This document shows positions 1-7,497 of a stretch of 37,222 nucleotides of DNA, one piece after another. The DNA lies in IMG/VR virus record IMGVR_UViG_2049941000_000876. One strand, written 5' to 3'. Under the pieces are notes generated by a model. That model saw only the letters and a program-made list of their open reading frames with translations, was not told where the DNA came from and made no database searches. The DNA comes from an uncultured virus (IMG/VR IMGVR_UViG_2049941000_000876). Taxonomy: Duplodnaviria > Heunggongvirae > Uroviricota > Caudoviricetes. How positions within the stretch are numbered: the stretch's first letter is position 1; each line of letters starts with the position of its first letter. The translations under genes and the position numbers were made by a program.

Positions 1-864
1 ATGGATAATGGTAATAATATGTATATGCCAGTAGCTCCAGCATATGGTTACGGAAACTCAGGTTTCGGTGGCAGTTGGGGCGGAGATGGCTGGTGGATTA
101 TACTCTTCCTCTTTGCTCTTATAGGCAATGGTTTTGGAGGATGGGGTGGATTCGGAGGAGCAGGAAGTGCTCAACTCGGATATGATTTCCCTTGGCTCTT
201 AAATGGTCAGCAAGGTATCAATAATAATGTTTCTGATGGATTTAGAGATGCACAGCTCTCTAATCAGATTTCAGGTATTCAGAGCGCAATAACAAGCGGA
301 TTTGGTGATACAGCTCTTGGTATTGCAGGCATCAATCAGAATATCTGTCAGACAGGTAATGCTATTACATCAGCAGTATCAAATGGCTTCGCTAATGCAG
401 AGGCTTCTGATAATGCTAGACAGATTGCTAATATGCAGAGCTTGTTTGGTATTCAGTCAGCTTTACAGAACTGTTGCTGTGAGAATAGGGCTGCAACAGC
501 AGACCTTAAATACACAGTTGCCACAGAGGCTTGCGCTGATAGGTCAGCTATCTCAGATGGTATCAGAGATGTTATCACAAATCAGACAGCTACAACTCAG
601 TCTATCCTTGATAAGCTGTGTCAGCTTGAACTTGATAACTACAAGCGTGAAAATGATAATCTTAGAAGTCAGCTTAATATGGCTACTCTCAGAGAATCAC
701 AGACAGCACAGAACGCATTTATTCAGCAGGGCTTCTCAGATGAGGTTGACCAGCTTTATAATCGTCTTTCTAACTGTCCTGTTCCTTCAACTCCTGTGTA
801 TGGCAGAACTCCTATATTCACTTGCAATAATAATGGCTGTGGATGTGGCTGCGGAATTGCATAA
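1..864 (+). CDS. Gly-rich N-terminal, Cys-rich conserved phage protein with one hydrophobic segment
   Basis: 287-aa ORF; GG-rich N-terminus, WWIILFLFALIG hydrophobic stretch, NCCCENR motif, coiled-coil-like segment, CGCGCG C-terminus; start lies at the window edge. Confidence 0.8.
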   Translation: MDNGNNMYMPVAPAYGYGNSGFGGSWGGDGWWIILFLFALIGNGFGGWGGFGGAGSAQLGYDFPWLLNGQQGINNNVSDGFRDAQLSNQISGIQSAITSGFGDTALGIAGINQNICQTGNAITSAVSNGFANAEASDNARQIANMQSLFGIQSALQNCCCENRAATADLKYTVATEACADRSAISDGIRDVITNQTATTQSILDKLCQLELDNYKRENDNLRSQLNMATLRESQTAQNAFIQQGFSDEVDQLYNRLSNCPVPSTPVYGRTPIFTCNNNGCGCGCGIA

Positions 865-875
865 AGGAGGTAGCT

Positions 876-1334
876 ATGGCAGAGTTTACCTATAATCCTG
901 TGCAAGTAGTTAATCCGAATCAACCAATTGTTTTAAATAATAGTATCACTTGTCCAAAGGGCTATGTTTTTCATAGAAATGAATCAGGAATTGTAACTCT
1001 TCGTGGTGTAGTAAATAATCAATACAGTTGTTTTGCAAGATATCAGGTAACTTTCAATGGAAACATTGCAGTACCTGAAGGTGGAACACCTGGACCAGTA
1101 GCTGTAGCACTTACTGTTGGTGGTGAACCTATACTTACTAGCAGAGCAATAGTTACTCCAGCAGCCGCTGATGATTATTTTAATGTCACCTCAACAGCAA
1201 TTATCACAGTGCCAAAAGGATGTTGTTTCAATGTTTCAGTAGATAATATTTCTGAATCTACGGATCCGGCAACTATTCCTGCACCTCAGATAAGCGTTCA
1301 AAATGCTAATCTCACTATTAGCCGCATAGCGTAA
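876..1334 (+). CDS. Beta-rich protein, BclA C-terminal-domain-like
   Basis: AAAGGAGG SD at 863-870 before ATG 876; beta-strand pattern YQVTFNGNIAV ... VQNANLTISRIA. Confidence 0.55.
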   Translation: MAEFTYNPVQVVNPNQPIVLNNSITCPKGYVFHRNESGIVTLRGVVNNQYSCFARYQVTFNGNIAVPEGGTPGPVAVALTVGGEPILTSRAIVTPAAADDYFNVTSTAIITVPKGCCFNVSVDNISESTDPATIPAPQISVQNANLTISRIA

Positions 1335-1349
1335 GAAAGGAGATAAACT

Positions 1350-1817
1350 ATGTCAAAGAAATTAGAAAGTCTCCGTGATACACTTTGCGGAGAATTAGAA
1401 AAGGTAGCAAGAAAAGAAGAGATAAATATGTCTGACCTTGATGTTATAGACAAGCTTACCCATTCTATTAAAAATCTCGATAAAGTAATGCTTGGTAATG
1501 AAATGATTGACCAATATGGTTATGACTTTCCCAATTACAGCGGAGCTAGAAGAGGTAGAGATGGAGATAGTGATGGGAGATATAACGAAAGCTCAAGACG
1601 AGGTCGTGGACGAGGAAGAAGTCGTGACAGCTACGATGGAAGCTATGAGTCCAGTTATGACAGAAGCTATGATGGAAGTTATGAACGTGGAAGAAGCTAT
1701 AACGATGGAAGAAGCTACGAAAGAGATTATTCCAGAGAAAGAGGTTATAGCGGACACGAACAAGCAGACATTGACAGATTTAAACACATGATGCAGGATG
1801 CAGTTAATCAACTATAA
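1350..1817 (+). CDS. Hypothetical protein with RG-rich and SY[D/E/N]x low-complexity repeats
   Basis: AAGGAG SD; 155-aa ORF followed by a terminator. Confidence 0.8.
   Translation: MSKKLESLRDTLCGELEKVARKEEINMSDLDVIDKLTHSIKNLDKVMLGNEMIDQYGYDFPNYSGARRGRDGDSDGRYNESSRRGRGRGRSRDSYDGSYESSYDRSYDGSYERGRSYNDGRSYERDYSRERGYSGHEQADIDRFKHMMQDAVNQL
1629..1730 (+). repeat. Degenerate ~12-bp tandem coding repeat (AGCTAYGAnnnn)
   Basis: Encodes SYDG-SYES-SYDR-SYDG-SYER-GR-SYND-GR-SYER. Confidence 0.75.
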
Positions 1818-1835
1818 TTAAATAAGAAGTTACAC

Positions 1836-1868
1836 AGAGCCGTCTAAAAGTAGACGGCTCTTTCTTTT
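1836..1868 (+). terminator. Intrinsic terminator
   Basis: AGAGCCGTCTA-aaag-TAGACGGCTCT 11-bp stem followed by TTCTTTT. Confidence 0.9.
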
Positions 1869-1874
1869 GCAGTA

Positions 1875-1903
1875 TTGACAAGCAAATAAATATGTTATAG
1901 AAT
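1875..1903 (+). promoter_or_regulatory. Sigma-A-type promoter
   Basis: TTGACA-17 nt-TAGAAT directly after the terminator and upstream of the SNF2 gene. Confidence 0.8.
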
Positions 1904-1930
1904 GTTTATCAGAAAGTGAGATAAACTACA

Positions 1931-3622
1931 ATGATAACAGTACGAATTAAAAAATCTAAATTTATGCCCGAAGATTATTCAGCTTATCTCTCTTTTCCAT
2001 TTAATCAAGATGTGATTGATACAATTAAAGAACTGAGAAACAGAAGCTGGATAAAAGGGTCAAAAGAGTGGGAAATAAGAATCGAAGATTTACCACATAT
2101 ATTTGAAACATTTCCAAATATGGATTTTGATGTAAGTGGTAGATATGTAGAACTTAATCCTACTCTTAATTTCAGTCTTGATGATTATAAATTTAAGACT
2201 GATTGTTTTAAGCATCAAAAAGAAGGCTTTAAATATGGAATGATGCACGAACGTTGGTTACTTGGTGATGAGATGGGACTTGGTAAGACTAAACAAGTAA
2301 TTGACATAGCTGTAGCTAAGAAGCAGTTTTATAATTTCTCCCACTGTCTTATAGTCTGTGGAGTAAATGGATTAAAGTGGAATTGGCAAAATGAGATTGC
2401 TAAACACTCTAATGAAACAGGCTATATTTTAGGTCAAAGAGTGAGAAAAAGAACAGGCGAAGTATATATCGGAAGTAACAAAGACAAATTAGACGATATA
2501 ATGCGCCTGGATGAGATTGATAGTTATTTCATTATAACTAATATAGAAACTCTTAGAGATGACGATATAACTGACCAGATTGTTAAATGGCTACATTCTG
2601 AAAGCTCATGTAAGATAAATATGATAGCGGCTGATGAAGCACATAAAATGAAGAATCCATCTTCTCAGCAAGGTAAAGCATTTATCAAACTAGATTCTGA
2701 TGTAAGAATAGCATTGACTGGTACACCTCTTATGAACTCGCCACTTGATTTATATATCATTCTTAGATGGCTTGGATATGAGAAACACGCTTATTATTCA
2801 TTTAGAAATTATTATGCAATATATGGCGGATATGGTGGATATCAAGTGGTTGGATATAAACATCTAAATGAATTAGAAGAACAGTTGCAATCAATAATGC
2901 TTAGACGATTAAAGAAGAATGTTCTTGATTTGCCAGAGAAAACTTATATTGATGAGTATGTAGATATGCTACCTAAACAAGCTGTCATATATAAAGAGAT
3001 TAAAGCAGAAATTAAATCTAACATTGATATGATTTCTGTTTCGCCAAATCCTCTTGCAGAAATGATTAGATTAAGACAAGCAACCGGATATACAGGAATA
3101 CTTTCTAGTACAGTTCAGTGTTCGGCAAAACTAGACAGAATGATGGAGCTGATAGAAGATGCAAGAGAGAATGGTCAGCAAGTAATAGTCTTTAGTAACT
3201 GGTCACAGATAATAGATGAAGTATGTAACAGACTTCAAGGTAAATATCTTCATGTACGCATAACTGGTGATACTAAAGATTATGAGAGACAAGAAAATGT
3301 GGAAGCATTCCAAGATGGACGAGCAGAGATTATAGTTGGAACAGCAGGAGCAATGGGGGTCGGGATGACTTTATCTGCCGCAAGCGTAGTAATCTTTTTA
3401 GACCATCCGTGGAATCGGGCAAATTATGACCAGTGTGTTGACAGATGTCATAGAATCAGTCAGAACAAAAATGTTACTGTATACAATCTTATTTGTAAAA
3501 ATACTATAGATGAGCGTGTGTGGGAATTAGTTAAGCGCAAAGGAGAAATAAGTGATAAGATTGTAGACCAATCGGGTAAAGTGATGACAAATAAAGATAT
3601 AGCAGAGTATTTATTATCTTAA
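1931..3622 (+). CDS. SNF2-family helicase/translocase
   Basis: GDEMGLGKT (motif I), DEAH (II), LTGTP (III), GVGMTL (V), QCVDRCHRISQ (VI). Confidence 0.92.
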   Translation: MITVRIKKSKFMPEDYSAYLSFPFNQDVIDTIKELRNRSWIKGSKEWEIRIEDLPHIFETFPNMDFDVSGRYVELNPTLNFSLDDYKFKTDCFKHQKEGFKYGMMHERWLLGDEMGLGKTKQVIDIAVAKKQFYNFSHCLIVCGVNGLKWNWQNEIAKHSNETGYILGQRVRKRTGEVYIGSNKDKLDDIMRLDEIDSYFIITNIETLRDDDITDQIVKWLHSESSCKINMIAADEAHKMKNPSSQQGKAFIKLDSDVRIALTGTPLMNSPLDLYIILRWLGYEKHAYYSFRNYYAIYGGYGGYQVVGYKHLNELEEQLQSIMLRRLKKNVLDLPEKTYIDEYVDMLPKQAVIYKEIKAEIKSNIDMISVSPNPLAEMIRLRQATGYTGILSSTVQCSAKLDRMMELIEDARENGQQVIVFSNWSQIIDEVCNRLQGKYLHVRITGDTKDYERQENVEAFQDGRAEIIVGTAGAMGVGMTLSAASVVIFLDHPWNRANYDQCVDRCHRISQNKNVTVYNLICKNTIDERVWELVKRKGEISDKIVDQSGKVMTNKDIAEYLLS

Positions 3623-3645
3623 TATTTAGTTTAGAGGTAAATATT

Positions 3646-4362
3646 ATGTATGGGTATATTTATAAAACTACAAATCTGTATAATGGCAAAATTTATATTG
3701 GTCAACATAGAAACTCTAAATTTAATCCTGATTACTATGGTAGCGGCATAAGACTTAATAATATAATTGCTAAATATGGCATTGAAAATTTTTGTGTTGA
3801 AATGCTGGAACCGTGTGAAACTGAGAAAGAATTAAATATTAAAGAGCAGTATTGGATAGCAAAACTAAATTCAATGGATAGGAATATAGGATATAATCTT
3901 ATGTCAGGCGGCTATAAAGTTAGAGGCATAAAATTATCAGAGCAGTCCAAACAAAGTATTAGTTCTACACTAAAAGAATACTTTAAAACGCATGATAACC
4001 CTAGAAAAGGTGTACATCTTACAGACACAACAAAAGAGAAGTTAAGACAGGCTAATCTCGGTAAAAAGTATTCAGACGAAGTAAGGGCAAAGCACAGAGG
4101 AAAAGTTGCTTGGAATAAAGGAACTCATCTTACAGATAAACAAAAGCAACATTTAAGAGAAGTTAATCTTGGTAAAATTGCCCATGATAAAAGGTCCCAT
4201 ATAATCTATCAATTAGATTTTAATGGTAATATAGTAAACTCATTTCCGTCTTTACGACAGGCATCAATAAATACTGGATTTAGCAGTATTTGTATTCGTA
4301 GAGTTTGCGAAGGAGTTAGAAAACAATCACATGGGTTTATATGGAAATATGATAAACCATAA
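3646..4362 (+). CDS. Free-standing GIY-YIG homing endonuclease with NUMOD3/NUMOD1-like modules
   Basis: GYIYKTTN...IYIGQH, YYGSG, EQYWI, GYN; repeated HLTDxxK..LR.. units; C-terminal FPSLRQAS...GFIWKY. Confidence 0.9.
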   Translation: MYGYIYKTTNLYNGKIYIGQHRNSKFNPDYYGSGIRLNNIIAKYGIENFCVEMLEPCETEKELNIKEQYWIAKLNSMDRNIGYNLMSGGYKVRGIKLSEQSKQSISSTLKEYFKTHDNPRKGVHLTDTTKEKLRQANLGKKYSDEVRAKHRGKVAWNKGTHLTDKQKQHLREVNLGKIAHDKRSHIIYQLDFNGNIVNSFPSLRQASINTGFSSICIRRVCEGVRKQSHGFIWKYDKP

Positions 4363-4378
4363 ATTTAAAGGAGGTAAT

Positions 4379-4639
4379 ATGGAAGGATATATTAAAATAG
4401 AGGAACTTGCTATGCGCATTGATTCTTCGGTGCAAACAATTAACAACTGGTATAAATGGAAAAGAGAAAATCCTGAACATGAACTTGCATCTCTTTTACC
4501 CGACTATACACAAGAAGGAAATAGGCAGACAAGATATTGGAGTACAAAAGATATATGGAAGCTTATTGAGTTTAAAACTGCTGTTGTACATGGTAGAAAC
4601 GGAATTATGGGCTCATCTAAAAGAAAGGAGAAAATTTGA
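4379..4639 (+). CDS. Small HTH DNA-binding protein
   Basis: AAGGAGG SD before ATG 4379; IEELAMRIDSSVQTINNWY helix-turn-helix pattern. Confidence 0.65.
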   Translation: MEGYIKIEELAMRIDSSVQTINNWYKWKRENPEHELASLLPDYTQEGNRQTRYWSTKDIWKLIEFKTAVVHGRNGIMGSSKRKEKI

Positions 4640-5070
4640 TGAGAAAGACTATTGATAATCCACAAAGCAACACATTTACAGAAACAGAGATACAAGACAA
4701 GCTCACGCATTTAATCAATGATTATATTATAAATAAAGAGCATGAGAAAGAATTTAAAGATGCCGCATCTGTTCAGAACACACAGATTAAAGTTATTATG
4801 TCAGAAATGAATCTTAGTGAATTTGAAACATCTACTGGCAAAGTTATTTTATCTGACAGAAAGACAGAAGATTTTAATGAGGAGAAACTTATTCAGTATC
4901 TTAAAGAAAGAGGTATTGAAAATGATATAGTCAAGACTAAAGAATATGTTGATTTTGATGCTCTTGAATCCGCTATTTATCACGAAAGAATTACAGGTGA
5001 TAATCTGAAAGATATGGAATCATGTAAGGTTGTTAAAGTAACACAGGTTCTTAGAATAAATAAGAAGTGA
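4636..5070 (+). CDS. Hypothetical protein
   Basis: 144-aa ORF overlapping the previous stop, AAAGGAG SD. Confidence 0.75.
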   Translation: MMRKTIDNPQSNTFTETEIQDKLTHLINDYIINKEHEKEFKDAASVQNTQIKVIMSEMNLSEFETSTGKVILSDRKTEDFNEEKLIQYLKERGIENDIVKTKEYVDFDALESAIYHERITGDNLKDMESCKVVKVTQVLRINKK

Positions 5071-5080
5071 GGTGATTTAT

Positions 5081-5188
5081 ATGTATTTGAATCCATTTGT
5101 AGCAGGTGTATTGTGCACAATTTTTACAGAAATGGGAATTGTTATTCTCTACGCAGTATTAAAGACAATAACAGGAGGTAAAAACTAA
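5081..5188 (+). CDS. Small membrane peptide (35 aa)
   Basis: GAGGTG SD; MYLNPFVAGVLCTIFTEMGIVILYAVLKTITGGKN; stop overlaps next ATG; below ORF-track cutoff. Confidence 0.7.
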   Translation: MYLNPFVAGVLCTIFTEMGIVILYAVLKTITGGKN

Positions 5189-5421
5189 TGGCTTATGAAG
5201 TAAAAGGTAAGACTACAAAAATAAATGCTGTATCAAGATGCGCAATTTCTGTACATAATAAAGGAACAGGAAAAGATAATTATTATACCATAGAATTATC
5301 AGAAGAAAGAGTGTTGCCGGAAGACGCCAATTTTGATTTAAATAAAGAATATGAAGCATTATTCAATTCAATCAATGGAGAAGTAGATAGGCAGATGGAA
5401 GATATAATTTCACAGCTATAA
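5188..5421 (+). CDS. Hypothetical protein
   Basis: AGGAGG SD; 77-aa ORF. Confidence 0.75.
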   Translation: MAYEVKGKTTKINAVSRCAISVHNKGTGKDNYYTIELSEERVLPEDANFDLNKEYEALFNSINGEVDRQMEDIISQL

Positions 5422-5432
5422 AATAACTCCTG

Positions 5433-5461
5433 TTTACAGATTACTATAATCATGTTATAGT
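5433..5461 (+). promoter_or_regulatory. Sigma-A-type promoter with extended -10
   Basis: TTTACA-17 nt-TATAGT with TG at 5453-5454. Confidence 0.75.
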
Positions 5462-5467
5462 ATGATT

Positions 5468-5557
5468 GTAAGTTGAATCTTGTCTTATTCATTCTTACAT
5501 CTCTTTTCAAATAGTGTGTTGTTTAGAAAAGCCATAGATAAAAGTCTATGGCTTTTC
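5468..5557 (+). ncRNA. Candidate trans-acting antisense sRNA
   Basis: Lies between promoter 5433-5461 and hairpin 5526-5557 with no plus-strand ORF; body is complementary to the AACAC...TTGAAAGGAG...ATG leaders elsewhere in the window; 5' end estimated. Confidence 0.6.
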
Positions 5558-5562
5558 ACTTT
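5526..5562 (+). terminator. Intrinsic terminator (possibly bidirectional)
   Basis: GAAAAGCCATAGA-taaaag-TCTATGGCTTTTC 13-bp inverted repeat. Confidence 0.85.
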
Positions 5563-5566
5563 CTAG

Positions 5567-5595
5567 TTTACAAAATTTTTATAATATGTTATAGT
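5567..5595 (+). promoter_or_regulatory. Sigma-A-type promoter with extended -10 for the replication operon
   Basis: TTTACA-17 nt-TATAGT with TG one base upstream of the -10. Confidence 0.78.
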
Positions 5596-5600
5596 ATATT

Positions 5601-5776
5601 CAGTCAATAAAACGACTTGCACATAATAAAAGGAGTAGCTACCTTCAATAAGATGTGCTATAATAACAATAAGTCAGTCGATGTAGTAGGACATCAACTG
5701 ATGCTCTTAACTGAATATCGACTGACAAGAAGTCCCTTACAAAGATGCCTACTCATCTGCGTATAGGGGCTTTCTT
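5601..5776 (+). promoter_or_regulatory. Structured 5' leader RNA of the replication operon
   Basis: Three hairpins, including the 12-bp stem 5673-5684/5715-5726; loop CCTACT complementary to AGTAGG and AGTAG upstream. Confidence 0.55.
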
Positions 5777-5806
5777 ATTTACAAAAAGAAGTGATGGAGA
5801 GAAAAT

Positions 5807-5956
5807 ATGTATAAAGATGTTTTAAGAATCAAAGCAGATGAAAATAATAACATAGCATTAGTAATTTATAGGGAACATCCAGATAATATTAGAGTGTTCA
5901 AAGAAGTTATAAAAGAATTGTCAAATTATATTAGAGAGCATAAGGAGAATAGATAA
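5807..5956 (+). CDS. Small hypothetical protein (49 aa) abutting the initiator gene
   Basis: GGAG SD; MYKDVLRIKA...HKENR; TAA immediately followed by ATG 5957. Confidence 0.6.
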   Translation: MYKDVLRIKADENNNIALVIYREHPDNIRVFKEVIKELSNYIREHKENR

Positions 5957-6847
5957 ATGGGGATTATAAGAGTTGCTAAAACTGATAATTACACTGTTAT
6001 GTCCAATTATCATCTTAGGGATAAATCACTTACACTAAAAGCTAAAGGATTGTTATCTTTAATGTTATCATTACCAGATGATTGGGATTACTCAATAGCT
6101 GGATTAGTTACACAAGTTAAAGAGGGAAGAACAGCAGTAACCTCAGCACTAGATGAACTAATAGAAAATAACTATGTTATTAGAGAAGCCGTTAGAAAAA
6201 ATGGTAGAATTTCAGATTGGAATTATACTGTATATGAGATGCCTACTGAGTTTGTTCTACCTTCAGAAAATCTGAAAGTAGAAAATCTAATAGTAGAAAA
6301 TCAAGTAGTAGAAAATATGCAACAACTAAATACTGATATAAACAAAATAAAGAATAACAAAATAAAGAATAACAAAAGCACCGGAACCGGTGCGCTTACT
6401 AAACATCCTAGAAATTTCTCCAAAGAAAGACTTGTAGATGATTTAAAGAGTGGTGAAATTATAGATGAGCAGAAAAAAGAAAAAAAGAAAATTTCTGAAT
6501 ACGATAAATGTTTAGCTGAGATAGATAATAGATATGAGGATCCGAATGTTTATATGTCCTTAGTGAATCATTTAGAGTGGTCATATAATAGTAAAGACCC
6601 TAAGAGAATCAAGTCTGCAAAGATATATAGTAAGAGGCTTGATGAGCTTGATAAACTTACAGGCGATAAAGTAAAGATTGTCCAGCAGAGTATAGATAAA
6701 CAGTGGCATTGTTTCTATGAATTGCAGACTACAGAGAAGAGATATGGCAACACGATAGATAATTCAGTTATCAAAGGTCAGACGTTATCAAGAGAAGAGG
6801 CAAAACAAAGATTAGCTGAGTATGCAGAGAGGAATGGTGTGATATGA
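5957..6847 (+). CDS. Phage replication initiator (N-terminal winged HTH)
   Basis: NYTVMSN..LRDKSLTLKAKGLL..MLSLPDDW N-terminus; internal iterons; adjacent to a DnaC-like gene. Confidence 0.85.
   Translation: MGIIRVAKTDNYTVMSNYHLRDKSLTLKAKGLLSLMLSLPDDWDYSIAGLVTQVKEGRTAVTSALDELIENNYVIREAVRKNGRISDWNYTVYEMPTEFVLPSENLKVENLIVENQVVENMQQLNTDINKIKNNKIKNNKSTGTGALTKHPRNFSKERLVDDLKSGEIIDEQKKEKKKISEYDKCLAEIDNRYEDPNVYMSLVNHLEWSYNSKDPKRIKSAKIYSKRLDELDKLTGDKVKIVQQSIDKQWHCFYELQTTEKRYGNTIDNSVIKGQTLSREEAKQRLAEYAERNGVI
6265..6393 (+). repeat. Putative replication origin: iterons, A-rich repeats and palindrome
   Basis: Four AGAAAAT units at 15-bp period (6265, 6280, 6295, 6310); AACAAAATAAAGAAT x2.5 (6341-6377); GCACCGG-aa-CCGGTGC (6378-6393). 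Confidence 0.7.
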
Positions 6848-7497
6848 CAGATGAGAAGAAGCGTGAGTTAAGAAGTGCCGCACAGTTAGAGATATTAGAG
6901 TTAAGCAATATCCCAGAGATTTATTGGGATGAGATAAAGATGTTTGTGCCTGATAATGATAAACAGGCATATATGAGACTAGATGAAATAAAGAATAACA
7001 TTATAGAGCTTAGTGAGCCTAGAATGGATATACAGAATCTTCTCATATGTAGTGATAAGACAGGTAATGGTAAAACATCGTGGGCATTAAAGATACTGCA
7101 ATACTTTGCCTTTAAATCAGCACAACAATTATACTACCAGCATGATGAAGATGACTGTTGGTGCTTCTTTGTTACTGTAGCTGATTATGTTGCATTAAGC
7201 AAAGAGTATGATTCCAAGCGGAGAGTAAAATTCTTTCATATGCAAGATATGATAGAGAAAGCAAGGATTGTTGTCTTTGATGATGTAGCAGTCGGAGAGT
7301 ATTCAAGAGCAGAATATATGGCACTATATAATGCAATTGATAAGCGTGTACTGAATAAACAGTTTTGTATCTTCACATCCAATTTTGTTGATAGAGATGA
7401 TTCAGTATTATCCAATAGACTAGGTACAAGACTTGTTGATAGAATTTATGATACATCAGAAAAAATAGTTCTTAATGGTGAGGGGGTAAGACATTGA
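6844..7497 (+). CDS. DnaC/IstB-like AAA+ helicase loader
   Basis: Walker A variant SDKTGNGKT, Walker B VVFDD, IFTSN, RLVDRI. Confidence 0.85.
   Translation: MTDEKKRELRSAAQLEILELSNIPEIYWDEIKMFVPDNDKQAYMRLDEIKNNIIELSEPRMDIQNLLICSDKTGNGKTSWALKILQYFAFKSAQQLYYQHDEDDCWCFFVTVADYVALSKEYDSKRRVKFFHMQDMIEKARIVVFDDVAVGEYSRAEYMALYNAIDKRVLNKQFCIFTSNFVDRDDSVLSNRLGTRLVDRIYDTSEKIVLNGEGVRH

Noticed and set aside
302..895. 197-aa alternative-frame ORF, and similarly 1507..1791, 4407..4655 and 16992..17216
   Set aside because: Nested in better-supported genes, no convincing SD, shadow-like composition
5283..5510. Minus-strand ORF with an apparent SD and ATG at 5492
   Set aside because: Runs through a plus-strand promoter and gene and has a hairpin rather than a promoter upstream; better explained as the antisense face of an sRNA, though not excluded
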